24,833 nt of DNA from Myxococcota bacterium (GTDB lineage Bacteria > Myxococcota_A > UBA9160 > UBA4427). Within the stretch, counting starts at the first letter, position 1. Each line of letters opens with the position of its first letter. The notes beneath the pieces were generated by a model. It saw nothing but the letters and a program-made list of their open reading frames with translations, was not told the DNA's origin and made no database searches. The stretch spans positions 1 through 24,833 of the forward strand of contig JAYZFK010000009.1 in the NCBI GenBank assembly GCA_036336835.1, given 5' to 3'. Shown piece by piece: positions 10,199 to 18,744 of the stretch. The position numbers and the translations under genes were made by a program.

Positions 10199-11236
10199 TC
10201 AGGGGAGCATGGGAGCGACGAGGAGCCCTTCGGTCTCGTCGAGGCCACCCATCAGGTTCAGACACTGCACCATCTGGCCGCTGGCTCCCTTGACCAGGTT
10301 GTCGAGCGACGAGAAGAGCAGCAGCGTCCCCGAGCGCTCGTCCGAGACGGCGGCAACGTCACAAAAGTTGGTCCCGCGCACGGACGCGACCTGAGGAAGC
10401 TCGCCCTCGGGCAGCACTCTCACGAAGGGCTCGGCGGCATAGGCACTCCCGAGCACCTCGAGCGCATCCGCGGTCGAGAGCGACCGACGCGGTCGCGTGA
10501 TCACGGTCGAGAGCATTCCACGCGTGGCCGGTAGCAGGTGCGGGACGAAGGCGATTCGGATCCGCTCACCCGCTACAGCACTCGCCTCCTGCTCCATCTC
10601 GGGGACGTGCCTGTGGGCACTGCCGACCCGGTAGGCATGTGGGTTGCCGTCGAGCTCGCCGTACAGGTAGCCATCCGCGAGGGTGCGCCCCGCTCCCGAA
10701 ACGCCCGACTTGGCGTCGACGACGATGCCGGTCGTCTCGATCAGCCCGGCGCGCAGCAGGGGGACGAGGAGCAGCAGCGCAGCGGTCGGGTAGCAGCCGG
10801 CTGCCGCCGCAAACGACGCGCCAGCCAGCTCGTCACGATGGAGCTCGGGAATCCCGTAGACCGCCTTGCCGAACAGCTCTGGCGCCGCGTGCTCGCCATA
10901 CCAGCGGGTGTAGTCGTCCAGGCTCAGCAGCCGGAAGTTGCCCGCCAGGTCCACGACCGTGACGCCCGCCCGGTGGAGCGCCGCGACCGCCTGGGCCGCA
11001 GGCCCTTCGGGGAGACAGCACAGGGCCGCATCGACTCGATCGGCCAGCGAGGCCGTATCGAGCTTCTCGAAGGGCAAGTCGACCAGGCTGCGCAAGCCCG
11101 GAAAGGCCTGGCTCGCGGCCATGCCGTCGCGCTGCTCCGAGGTGATCGCAACGAGCTCGAGCTGCGGGTGGCGCAGCACAATGCGAACGGCTTCGAGACC
11201 CGTGTAGCCGCTCGCTCCGACGATCGCGACTCGCAT
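10199..11236 (-). CDS. argC: N-acetyl-gamma-glutamyl-phosphate reductase
   Basis: VAIVGASGYTG, GCYPT, KSGVSGAG, HRHVPE and DNLVKGASGQ. ATG at 11236 is 8 nt from AGGAG (alternative GTG at 11245). Confidence 0.95.
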   Translation of the reverse strand: MRVAIVGASGYTGLEAVRIVLRHPQLELVAITSEQRDGMAASQAFPGLRSLVDLPFEKLDTASLADRVDAALCCLPEGPAAQAVAALHRAGVTVVDLAGNFRLLSLDDYTRWYGEHAAPELFGKAVYGIPELHRDELAGASFAAAAGCYPTAALLLLVPLLRAGLIETTGIVVDAKSGVSGAGRTLADGYLYGELDGNPHAYRVGSAHRHVPEMEQEASAVAGERIRIAFVPHLLPATRGMLSTVITRPRRSLSTADALEVLGSAYAAEPFVRVLPEGELPQVASVRGTNFCDVAAVSDERSGTLLLFSSLDNLVKGASGQMVQCLNLMGGLDETEGLLVAPMLP

Positions 11237-11265
11237 CTTGCTCACTCCTGCGTGAAAACCGTCAC

Positions 11266-11298
11266 AACGAAAACGGGAGGCCGCTAGCGGCCTCCCGT
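11266..11298 (-). terminator. Rho-independent terminator after rpsI
   Basis: Perfect palindrome acgggaggccgc-ta-gcggcctcccgt (11273-11298), followed on the minus strand by TTTCGTT. Confidence 0.8.
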
Positions 11299-11322
11299 CC
11301 AGGATGGGAAAACGCCTCGGCG

Positions 11323-11715
11323 CTAGCGCTTGGAGAACTGGAAACGAGCGCGAGCCCCCTTCTGACCGTACTTCTTGCGCTCCTTCTTCCTTGGATCGCG
11401 CGTCAGATAGCCAACGCGCTTGAGTGCGAGACGCTGGCTGGGATCGAGCTTCTCGATCGCGCGCGCGATGCCGTGGCGCAGCGCGCCGGCCTGTCCGGTC
11501 GGGCCGCCACCGGACAGCGCCGCGATGACGTCGTAGCGGCCGACGAGGTTCGTGGTCTCGAACGGCTGCTGCACCATTAGCCGGTCGGCAGCGCGGCCGA
11601 AGTAGTCGTCGGACTGCTTGCCGTTGACGACCACGTTGCCCGTTCCGGGCCGGAGGCGCACTCGCGCGATCGCGGTCTTGCGCTTGCCCGTTGCCATGAT
11701 TTCACTAGTTGCCAA
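11323..11715 (-). CDS. rpsI: 30S ribosomal protein S9
   Basis: [30 protein letters not shown] and [28 protein letters not shown] start at 11715 (AGGAG 8 nt upstream) gives 130 aa and overlaps the rplM end. Confidence 0.97.
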   Translation of the reverse strand: MATSEIMATGKRKTAIARVRLRPGTGNVVVNGKQSDDYFGRAADRLMVQQPFETTNLVGRYDVIAALSGGGPTGQAGALRHGIARAIEKLDPSQRLALKRVGYLTRDPRKKERKKYGQKGARARFQFSKR

Positions 11716-12160
11716 GCGGCAGCTCCTGCGGCTGCTGGGCCGCGTGCGGGTGGTCGGGACCGGCGTACACCTTGAGCTTGTTGAGCATCTTTCGGCCGAG
11801 CGAGTTCCTGGGCAGCATGCCGCGCACGGCCCTGCGCACGACGCGGTCCGCGTGAGGGCCATCGAGCAGCTTGCCGGCCGTGACCGACTTGATACCCCCC
11901 GGATATCCGGTATGTCGGTAGTAGATTTTCTGTTCGCGCTTGCGACCGGTGAGCTTGACCTTGTCGGCGTTGACGACGATCACGTGGTCGCCCGTGTCGA
12001 CGTGCGGGGTGAACGTCGGCTTGTGCTTGCCGCGCAGCACGGACGCCACCCGCGTGGCGAGCCGGCCGAGGGCCTGATCCCTGGCATCGACGACGTACCA
12101 GCTCCGCACCACTTCGGCGGGCTTGGCACTCTGAGTCGCGCGGTGAGCCGTGGCTCCCAT
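11705..12160 (-). CDS. rplM: 50S ribosomal protein L13
   Basis: [38 protein letters not shown] and [11 protein letters not shown] at 12160. Confidence 0.97.
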   Translation of the reverse strand: MGATAHRATQSAKPAEVVRSWYVVDARDQALGRLATRVASVLRGKHKPTFTPHVDTGDHVIVVNADKVKLTGRKREQKIYYRHTGYPGGIKSVTAGKLLDGPHADRVVRRAVRGMLPRNSLGRKMLNKLKVYAGPDHPHAAQQPQELPLGN

Positions 12161-12196
12161 CGCCTCGAACCTCCGGAAAACGCTCGGGAGCGCGGA

Positions 12197-12225
12197 GGGA
12201 TACCCGAGCCCCGCGCCGCAGTCAA
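12197..12225 (-). promoter_or_regulatory. Putative sigma70 promoter of rplM-rpsI
   Basis: TTGACT-N17-TATCCC between the truA stop and the rplM start. Confidence 0.6.
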
Positions 12226-12251
12226 GCCTTCCGGGGCGCCGACGGCCCGGG

Positions 12252-13061
12252 TCAAACTCCCGATTCCAAAGCGAAATCATCAGGCGCCCCGGGGTCCCGC
12301 AGGAGTTCGTCGGGGTACTCGACCCGGATCAGCGCCAGCCCCTGCGGCGGCGCCGTGGGACCGGCCCGGGCGCGATCGCACGAAGCGAGCAGGTCCGGCA
12401 GCGAGGACGCCTGGCGGCGCCCCTGCCCGACCTCGATCAGGGTTCCCGCCAGGTTGCGCACCATGTGGCGCAGGAAACCCGACCCCTGTGCCTCGAAGTG
12501 GATCTCGCCGCCCGGCTCGCCCTCCAGCGCGAGGCGGTCGAGCCGCCGCACGCTGCTCTGCACGCTCGAGCCAGCTGCCTGGAAGGCCGCAAAATCGTGC
12601 TCTCCGACGAGCGCGGCCGCGGCCTCGCGCATGGCGGCCAGATCGAGCAGCGTCGGCACGAAGTGGAAGCGACTGGCGCGCAGCGGCGAGCGCACGCGGC
12701 CATTCCAGATCGAGTAGCGGTAGAGCTTGCCGGTGGCACAGCGCCGAGCGTCGAAGCCCGCCGGTGCCGCGGCGACATCAATTGCGGCCATGTCCCGCGG
12801 GAGCCGGGCATTGAGTGCGCGCTGCAGGGTCGCCGGGTCGAGTCGGGTGGCGAGCACCGCGCTCGCCACCTGGCCGAGCGCGTGGACCCCTGCATCCGTC
12901 CGGCCCGAGCCGATGGCCGAGACGCTCTCGCCGGCGATCTCACTGAGCGCCACCTCCAGGCATCCCTGGACCGTCCGCTCGTCCTGGGCCTGACGCTGCC
13001 AGCCGGCAAAATCACCGCCGTCGTACTCCAGCGTGATCCGAAAGACGCGCCGCACCGACAT
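12252..13061 (-). CDS. truA: tRNA pseudouridine(38-40) synthase
   Basis: [32 protein letters not shown] and GFLRHMVR. Confidence 0.97.
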   Translation of the reverse strand: MSVRRVFRITLEYDGGDFAGWQRQAQDERTVQGCLEVALSEIAGESVSAIGSGRTDAGVHALGQVASAVLATRLDPATLQRALNARLPRDMAAIDVAAAPAGFDARRCATGKLYRYSIWNGRVRSPLRASRFHFVPTLLDLAAMREAAAALVGEHDFAAFQAAGSSVQSSVRRLDRLALEGEPGGEIHFEAQGSGFLRHMVRNLAGTLIEVGQGRRQASSLPDLLASCDRARAGPTAPPQGLALIRVEYPDELLRDPGAPDDFALESGV

Positions 13062-13078
13062 CGACCAGCCCAGCCCAC

Positions 13079-14095
13079 TCAGTGCAGATGGATCCGCGCT
13101 TCGGCGAGCTTCACGGCATTGCTCGCCGCCAGGCGCAGAGGATCAGCGACCATCCACAGCTGGAGCCCGCGCGGGCACGAGGCATCGCTGAGCAGGGAGC
13201 CGATCCGCACATCGTCGCTGCCCGCCGCATCGCGAGTACTCGGGCCGGGCAGGCTCCCCGCGCCAGCACCGTGACGGGCGATCCCCGGCACCTTGTCGAG
13301 CGCTGCCAGCGCGGCTGCAGGGTCGATCGCCTCGCTGAGCTCGACGAACAGGGCACTGCCCTCGCCGACGAAAGCCGGCACCTGCACCGCGTTGGCGGCC
13401 AGCGGCACCGGACGACCGACGAGCCGCTCGAGCACCGCCGCCAAGTCGCCCGTGAGCCCGCCGTCGGCCTCGTCGGGCCCTGGACCCGCCACGCTGCGGG
13501 GCACGCAGTCGAATGCGATCTCGGTCGGAAAGACCCGGACCTCCGGCGGCGGCTGCACAGAGAGCAGCGCCACGGTCTCGGTGGACAGCGCTTCGATCCC
13601 GAGCGTCCCGGCGCGCGAGGCGGTCTGCAGCACCGTTCCCGCAACTCGGACGAGCCCGCCTAGATCGTCGAGTGCCGCCAGCACTCGGCCCCAGGCGAGC
13701 GCTGGGCCCGCAGGGGCCGCAATCACCGGAGCACCCACCAGCGGAGCCGCCGGGCTGCGCTCCGCAAGACCGAGCGGGACGTCGGGCGAGCGCATCAGCG
13801 CGCCGGAGCAGTCGATGCACGCGAGTTCGGCTCGCAGCGCCTGGCGCACCAGCTCGAGCGCGGGGCCGCGCGGAGTGCAAAGGAACATCAGGTCGTAGCC
13901 CTGCAGCGGCGGCGGCTCGCTCTCGACCGGGATCAGGTCGTCGCCCAGCTCCACTTCGCTGCCCACCGATCGCTGCGTGCCGAACGCAGCCAGCTCGGCA
14001 ACCGGAAAACCGCGCTCGCCGAGTACGCGCGCCAGTTCGCTGCCGAGCGCACCACTGGCCCCGGCGAGCACGACGCGCAGCCCACCCGACCTCAT
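13079..14095 (-). CDS. Aspartate-semialdehyde dehydrogenase family protein, degenerate Usg-like paralog
   Basis: N-terminal GASGALG, IDCSG, IAFDCVP, VQVPAFVG and WMVADPLR..ASNAV. Sits between leuB and truA with an ATGA overlap. The catalytic NC motif is absent. Confidence 0.85.
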   Translation of the reverse strand: MRSGGLRVVLAGASGALGSELARVLGERGFPVAELAAFGTQRSVGSEVELGDDLIPVESEPPPLQGYDLMFLCTPRGPALELVRQALRAELACIDCSGALMRSPDVPLGLAERSPAAPLVGAPVIAAPAGPALAWGRVLAALDDLGGLVRVAGTVLQTASRAGTLGIEALSTETVALLSVQPPPEVRVFPTEIAFDCVPRSVAGPGPDEADGGLTGDLAAVLERLVGRPVPLAANAVQVPAFVGEGSALFVELSEAIDPAAALAALDKVPGIARHGAGAGSLPGPSTRDAAGSDDVRIGSLLSDASCPRGLQLWMVADPLRLAASNAVKLAEARIHLH

Positions 14096-15168
14096 CCGAG
14101 CTGCTCGAGCACGCGGTCGGTCATCGCGCGACAGCCCGTTGCGGGCCGGTCCTCGCCGGCGAGGATCAAGTCGGCAGTCCGATGGCCGGCTTCGAGCACC
14201 GAGGCGGCCGCACTGCGGATGTCCGCTGCCGCCGCAGGCGCGTCCAGCGAGTGCTCGAGTAGCATCGCGACCGACAGGATCGCCGCCAGCGGGTTCGCCA
14301 GATCGCGGCCAGCGATGTCCGGGGCCGAGCCGTGCACGGGCTCGTACAACCCCACACCTCCCTCGGCCAGGCTCGCAGACGGCAGCATGCCAAGCGAGCC
14401 CGTGATCATCGCCGCCTCGTCGGACAGGATGTCGCCAAACAAGTTGCCGGTGACGAGGACATCGAAGCGACTCGGCTCCTTGACCAGCAGCATCGCCGCC
14501 GAGTCCACCAGCTGGTGGGCCAGCTCGACGTCCGGATAGTCCTTCGCCACCTCGTCGATGACCTCGACCCACAGCTGCGAGACCTCGAGCACGTTGGCCT
14601 TGTGGACGTGGGTGACGTGATTGCGCCGCTGCCGCGCAGCGTCGAAGGCGACGCGCGCAATGCGCGCAACCTCCTCCTCGTCGTAAGTCATGGTATTAAC
14701 GGCGCGGCGCTTGCCAGCGACGACCTCACGGCCGCGCGGCTCGCCGAAGTAGATGCCCCCAGTCAGCTCTCGCACGACCAGCATGTCGATGCCGTCCACC
14801 ACCTCCGCTCGCAGCGAACTCGCTGCGACCAGCGCGGGAAACACGCTTGCCGGGCGCAGATTCGCGAACAGGCCGAGTTCCTTGCGCAGGCGCAGCAACC
14901 CGCGCTCGGGCCGCGTGTCGACGGGCATGTCGTCCCACCTCGGGCCGCCCACCGCGCCCAGCAGCACCGCGCGCGCTTCGCGACAGCACGCCACGACATC
15001 GTCGCTGAGCGGCGTCTGCTTCGCGTCGATCGAGGCCCCCCCGATCAGCGCCTGCTCGAACTCGAGCACGAGGCCGTGGTTCGCGGCGACGACCTCTAGC
15101 ACCCGCCGGGCCTCGGCCGTGACCTCGGGACCAATCCCGTCACCGGGCAGCAGGACGATGCGATGCAC
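14092..15168 (-). CDS. leuB: 3-isopropylmalate dehydrogenase
   Basis: LPGDGIGPEV, LLGAVGGPRWD, RELTGGIYFG, NLFGDILSD and EPVHGSAPDIAG. GTG start at 15168 with a GGAG RBS. Confidence 0.97.
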   Translation of the reverse strand: MHRIVLLPGDGIGPEVTAEARRVLEVVAANHGLVLEFEQALIGGASIDAKQTPLSDDVVACCREARAVLLGAVGGPRWDDMPVDTRPERGLLRLRKELGLFANLRPASVFPALVAASSLRAEVVDGIDMLVVRELTGGIYFGEPRGREVVAGKRRAVNTMTYDEEEVARIARVAFDAARQRRNHVTHVHKANVLEVSQLWVEVIDEVAKDYPDVELAHQLVDSAAMLLVKEPSRFDVLVTGNLFGDILSDEAAMITGSLGMLPSASLAEGGVGLYEPVHGSAPDIAGRDLANPLAAILSVAMLLEHSLDAPAAAADIRSAAASVLEAGHRTADLILAGEDRPATGCRAMTDRVLEQLG

Positions 15169-15251
15169 TGAGCTCCCTTCCACTCTTTCAGATCTGATTG
15201 AACCCGATCGCAAGGTACCGCGGCAAACCCGTCCACGACCCCGGGGGCTCT

Positions 15252-16085
15252 CTAGTGCGCCGTCCCCGCCGACGGCGAGTCCACGGACTCGCCGTCCGGG
15301 CCAGCTGGCATCTCCTCGAGCGCCCGTCCGCTGCGCTTGCGCAGCAGCCAGCCAAGCGGCCCGGAGAGCACATAGACGATACCGATCAGGAACAGCGTCA
15401 GGTCTGGCCTGGCCAGCACCAGACCCAGCGTGAACACCGAAGCCACCAGGGCCCGGTAGCCGCCGAGCTTCAAGTTCTTGCCGCTGTGGTACGGGATCGG
15501 GCTCACCATCAGCAGCCCCAGTCCGGCCAGCCCGAACGCAGGCAGCGAGGCCGGCACCGAGACGTGCAGCCCGCTCTCACGGAGCAGGCCGACGAACAGC
15601 ACCGTCGAGAGCACCAGGCCCGCGGCGGCGGGAGCTGGCAGTCCCTCGAAGCGACCGGGATAACGCTGCGGGGTCACGTTGAAGCGCGCCAGCCGAAGCG
15701 CGGCGCCGGCCGTGAACATGAAGCCCATCACCCAGCCCGTCCAGCCGAGTTCGTGGAACTGTCCCGCATTGAACGCGAGCATGGCCGGCGCAACGCCGAA
15801 CGAGACCGTGTCGGCGATCGAGTCGTACTCGAAGCCGAAGCGACTGGTGGTGCCGGCGAGCCTTGCGAGCCGACCGTCGAGGATGTCGAACACCGCCGCG
15901 AAGATCAGCGCGACCGCGGCGCGCTCGTACTGACCCTCGCCCGATTGGACGATCGAGTAGAAGCCGGCGGCCAGATTGAACGTGGTGAACAGGTTCGGGA
16001 GCAGCGCTGCAAGCCCGGAGTGATCGCGGTTTCCGCGCTGCTGCCGACGCCGCACGCGCCGTTCGGATCTCGCCTCCGTGCTCAT
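15252..16085 (-). CDS. pssA: CDP-diacylglycerol--serine O-phosphatidyltransferase (CDP-alcohol phosphotransferase type)
   Basis: LLPNLFT, DILDGRLAR...G..YDSIADTVSFGVAPA, LRLARFN and FEGLPAP. ATGA overlap with psd. Confidence 0.95.
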   Translation of the reverse strand: MSTEARSERRVRRRQQRGNRDHSGLAALLPNLFTTFNLAAGFYSIVQSGEGQYERAAVALIFAAVFDILDGRLARLAGTTSRFGFEYDSIADTVSFGVAPAMLAFNAGQFHELGWTGWVMGFMFTAGAALRLARFNVTPQRYPGRFEGLPAPAAAGLVLSTVLFVGLLRESGLHVSVPASLPAFGLAGLGLLMVSPIPYHSGKNLKLGGYRALVASVFTLGLVLARPDLTLFLIGIVYVLSGPLGWLLRKRSGRALEEMPAGPDGESVDSPSAGTAH

Positions 16086-16777
16086 TCCATCGCACCCCCA
16101 CCACTGAACCGCGCGAGCACGCTCTCGCCACCGCGCACACGGTCTCCCTCGCACACGACGGGCTCGGCCCCCACGGGCAGCAGCACGTCGGTACGCGAGC
16201 CGAAACGGATCAGCCCGTAGCGGTCGCCGCGTCGCAGCCAGTCGCCGATCTTCGGATGGCACACGATCCGCCGGGCGATCAGCCCGGTGATCTGCGAGAC
16301 CACGACGCGGCCCGAGTCGGCCGTCTCGATCTCGAGGTCGACGCGCACGTTGCGCTGCTCAGCATCGGGATTGAACGCGGCCAGATAGGCGTCGCCACTG
16401 CGCCGGATGTCGACGACGCGTCCGGCGACGGGAGCTCGGTTTACGTGGACGTCGAATACCGAAAGGAAGATGCCGATGCGCAGCGCCTTGCGACCGTCGA
16501 GCGTCTCGGTCTCGCCAACGGCAACCACGCGGCCATCCGCCGGCGCGACGACGCAAGCCTCGTCGCCCGGAATGGAGCGATCGGGATTGCGGAAGAACGC
16601 AGCCACGAAGACGGCCAGGCCGAGCCACAGCAACGCCAGTCCGGACCAGCCGACGATCCCGCACAGGGCCGACACAGCGAGCGGGACACAGCCCAGGCGG
16701 TAGGCGTCCTCGACTAGCCACTCAGTAGGCCGCTCGGCAAAAGCCGGAGCCTCGCGGTGGGTGCGTGCCTCGCTCAC
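16082..16777 (-). CDS. psd: Phosphatidylserine decarboxylase proenzyme (short type)
   Basis: FFRNPDR, APADGRV, IFLSVFDVHVNRAP, QITGLIARRI and the FGSR self-cleavage motif. GTG start at 16777, just after the ilvC stop. Confidence 0.93.
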   Translation of the reverse strand: MSEARTHREAPAFAERPTEWLVEDAYRLGCVPLAVSALCGIVGWSGLALLWLGLAVFVAAFFRNPDRSIPGDEACVVAPADGRVVAVGETETLDGRKALRIGIFLSVFDVHVNRAPVAGRVVDIRRSGDAYLAAFNPDAEQRNVRVDLEIETADSGRVVVSQITGLIARRIVCHPKIGDWLRRGDRYGLIRFGSRTDVLLPVGAEPVVCEGDRVRGGESVLARFSGGGAME

Positions 16778-16785
16778 CTCGGGCC

Positions 16786-17808
16786 TCAGTTCTTCGACCG
16801 GTCGACCAGGCGCTTCTCGCGCAGCCACGGCATCAGGCTGCGCAACCGCTCTCCGACCTCCTCCATCGGGTGCTCCGCGGCGCGGCGGCGCATGGCGTTG
16901 AAGCTCACGCTGCCGGATTCGTTCTCGAGGATGAACTCCTTGGCGAACTGGCCCTGCTGGATTTCACTCAGGATCTGCCTCATCCGCTCGCGGGTCGCCT
17001 CGTCGATGATTCGGCGTCCGCGCGTGAAGTCACCGTACTCGGCAGTATTCGAGACGGAATAGCGCATGTTCGCGACGCCGCCCTCGTAGATCAGGTCGAC
17101 GATCAGCTTCACCTCGTGAATGCATTCGAAGTAGGCCATCTCGGGTGCGTAGCCGGCTTCCGTGAGCGTCTCGTAGCCGGCCTGCATCAGCGCGACGAGG
17201 CCACCGCACAGGACCGACTGCTCGCCGAACAGGTCCGTCTCGGTCTCCTCGCGGAAGCTCGTCTCGAGGATGCCGGCGCGGCCGGCACCGATGCCCGACG
17301 CGTAGGCCAACGCAACCTGCAGGGTGTCGCCGCTCGGGTCCTGGTGGACCGCAACGAGAGCTGGCACGCCGCGGCCCTCTTCGTAGTTCTGGCGCACCGT
17401 GTGGCCCGGGCCCTTGGGAGCCACCATGAAGACGTTCACGTCGTCAGGCGGCTGGATCGCCTGGAAGTGGATGTTGAATCCGTGGGCAACCGCGAGGCTG
17501 TTGCCAGCCTGGAGGTTCGGCGCGATCTGCTCCCGGTAGATCCGAGCCGCCAGCTCGTCGGGCAACGTCAGCATCACGATGTCGCCCGCCTTCGCGGCCT
17601 CGGGCACCTCAGCGACCTTGAGACCCGCGCCCTCGGCCTTCTGCCAGGACGTCGAATCGCGCCGCAGCCCGACAACCACACTGACACCCGACGCGTGCAG
17701 ATTCTGCGCGTGCGCGTGGCCCTGGCTGCCGTAGCCGATGATCGCGACCGTCTTGCCGCCGAGACGGCCGAGATCCGCGTCCTTGTCGTAGTAGATGTTG
17801 AGTGCCAT
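16786..17808 (-). CDS. ilvC: Ketol-acid reductoisomerase
   Basis: [31 protein letters not shown] and [17 protein letters not shown] at 17808 with a GGAGG RBS. Confidence 0.98.
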   Translation of the reverse strand: MALNIYYDKDADLGRLGGKTVAIIGYGSQGHAHAQNLHASGVSVVVGLRRDSTSWQKAEGAGLKVAEVPEAAKAGDIVMLTLPDELAARIYREQIAPNLQAGNSLAVAHGFNIHFQAIQPPDDVNVFMVAPKGPGHTVRQNYEEGRGVPALVAVHQDPSGDTLQVALAYASGIGAGRAGILETSFREETETDLFGEQSVLCGGLVALMQAGYETLTEAGYAPEMAYFECIHEVKLIVDLIYEGGVANMRYSVSNTAEYGDFTRGRRIIDEATRERMRQILSEIQQGQFAKEFILENESGSVSFNAMRRRAAEHPMEEVGERLRSLMPWLREKRLVDRSKN

Positions 17809-17844
17809 CGGACTGGGACCTCCGCTGCTTTGCGCTAGGGATTG

Positions 17845-18003
17845 GTTGCGACGCCAGAGGATCCCACTCCAAGCCACGTCTCGGCCACCCGCCGACATGC
17901 GGATCTTCCCGAAGCCAGGCCACGCCTGGGCCATCCGAAGAGCCGCGGGCTGCAGTGGGTTCCGCGCTGCGCTGGGCGCAGGTCACCGCCGGGAGTCGCT
18001 AAC
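17845..18003 (-). ncRNA. Candidate structured 5' leader RNA of ilvC (multi-stem, ~160 nt)
   Basis: Six mutually compatible nested stems cover most of the region (see findings). It begins at the predicted transcription start. Confidence 0.45.
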
Positions 18004-18009
18004 TACGCG

Positions 18010-18038
18010 AGGCTACTCGAGCTTTTGTCCAGTGTCCA
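18010..18038 (-). promoter_or_regulatory. Putative sigma70 promoter for the ilvC leader, overlapping the tsaB 3' end
   Basis: TGGACA-N17-TAGCCT on the minus strand. Confidence 0.5.
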
Positions 18039-18744
18039 GCGACGGTGCGGCCGCCAGCCGACGCTCCTCCGCCTCGGGTCGCCGCAGGTAGCGGGGCACC
18101 AGCTCCGCCGCGTCGACCGCGCCGCCCGCGGCCAGGGCGACCCGCCCGAGCGATGCCACGGCGAGCGCGCGGGGCCGGGTCTCGGGTGGGTCGAAGGGCT
18201 CGAGATCGGCCCTGCCCGCCCGCTGCAAGGCGTCGAGCATCCGCGGCGGAATCTCGCCCGCCAGCCGGGTCCCGGGAGCCAGCCGCGTCGCCAGCGTCGT
18301 GGCCGTCTCGACGGCCTCCTCTCCTCGCGCGCGAGGGAGCGGGCCCGTGCGATCGAACTCCCCGGCGTAGACCTCACCGCGCCGCGCGTCGAGCAGTGCG
18401 GCGACGCGCGGATGTCCCGGCGGCGCACCATGGGCGATCGCGGCGAGCGTCGAAACGGGCACCACAGGACGGCCCGAGGCAAACGCGAGGCCCTTGACGG
18501 TGGCAAGACCGATGCGCAGGCTGGTGAAGGCCCCCGGTCCGACGCTCACCGCAAACGCCTCGACCGCGTCGAGTCCGATACGCGCCTCGCGCAGGGCCGC
18601 GTCGACCTCGGCGAGCAGGCTCTCGGCGTGGTGCCGATCGGAGCGCGCACTGCGCACGACCAAGATCTGTTCGCCTCGCGCGATCGCTACGCTCGCCGTA
18701 CGCGTCGCACACTCGATCGCGAGCAGCAGCGACGACTGGCTCAC
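18013..18744 (-). CDS. tsaB: tRNA threonylcarbamoyladenosine biosynthesis protein TsaB
   Basis: LLAIECAT, HAESLL, VSVGPGAFTSLRIG, LDARRGEVY and LVPRYLRRPEAE. GTGA overlap with rseP. Confidence 0.93.
   Translation of the reverse strand: MSQSSLLLAIECATRTASVAIARGEQILVVRSARSDRHHAESLLAEVDAALREARIGLDAVEAFAVSVGPGAFTSLRIGLATVKGLAFASGRPVVPVSTLAAIAHGAPPGHPRVAALLDARRGEVYAGEFDRTGPLPRARGEEAVETATTLATRLAPGTRLAGEIPPRMLDALQRAGRADLEPFDPPETRPRALAVASLGRVALAAGGAVDAAELVPRYLRRPEAEERRLAAAPSLDTGQKLE

Noticed and set aside
15221..15250. GGCAAACCC resembling the start of a c-di-GMP-I riboswitch
   Set aside because: It is on the wrong strand for leuB and lacks the GNRA-capped stem and the following GACGCAAAG.
17809..17986. 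Classical ilv attenuator leader peptide
   Set aside because: No short Ile/Leu/Val-rich ORF and no U-tailed terminator in the leader.
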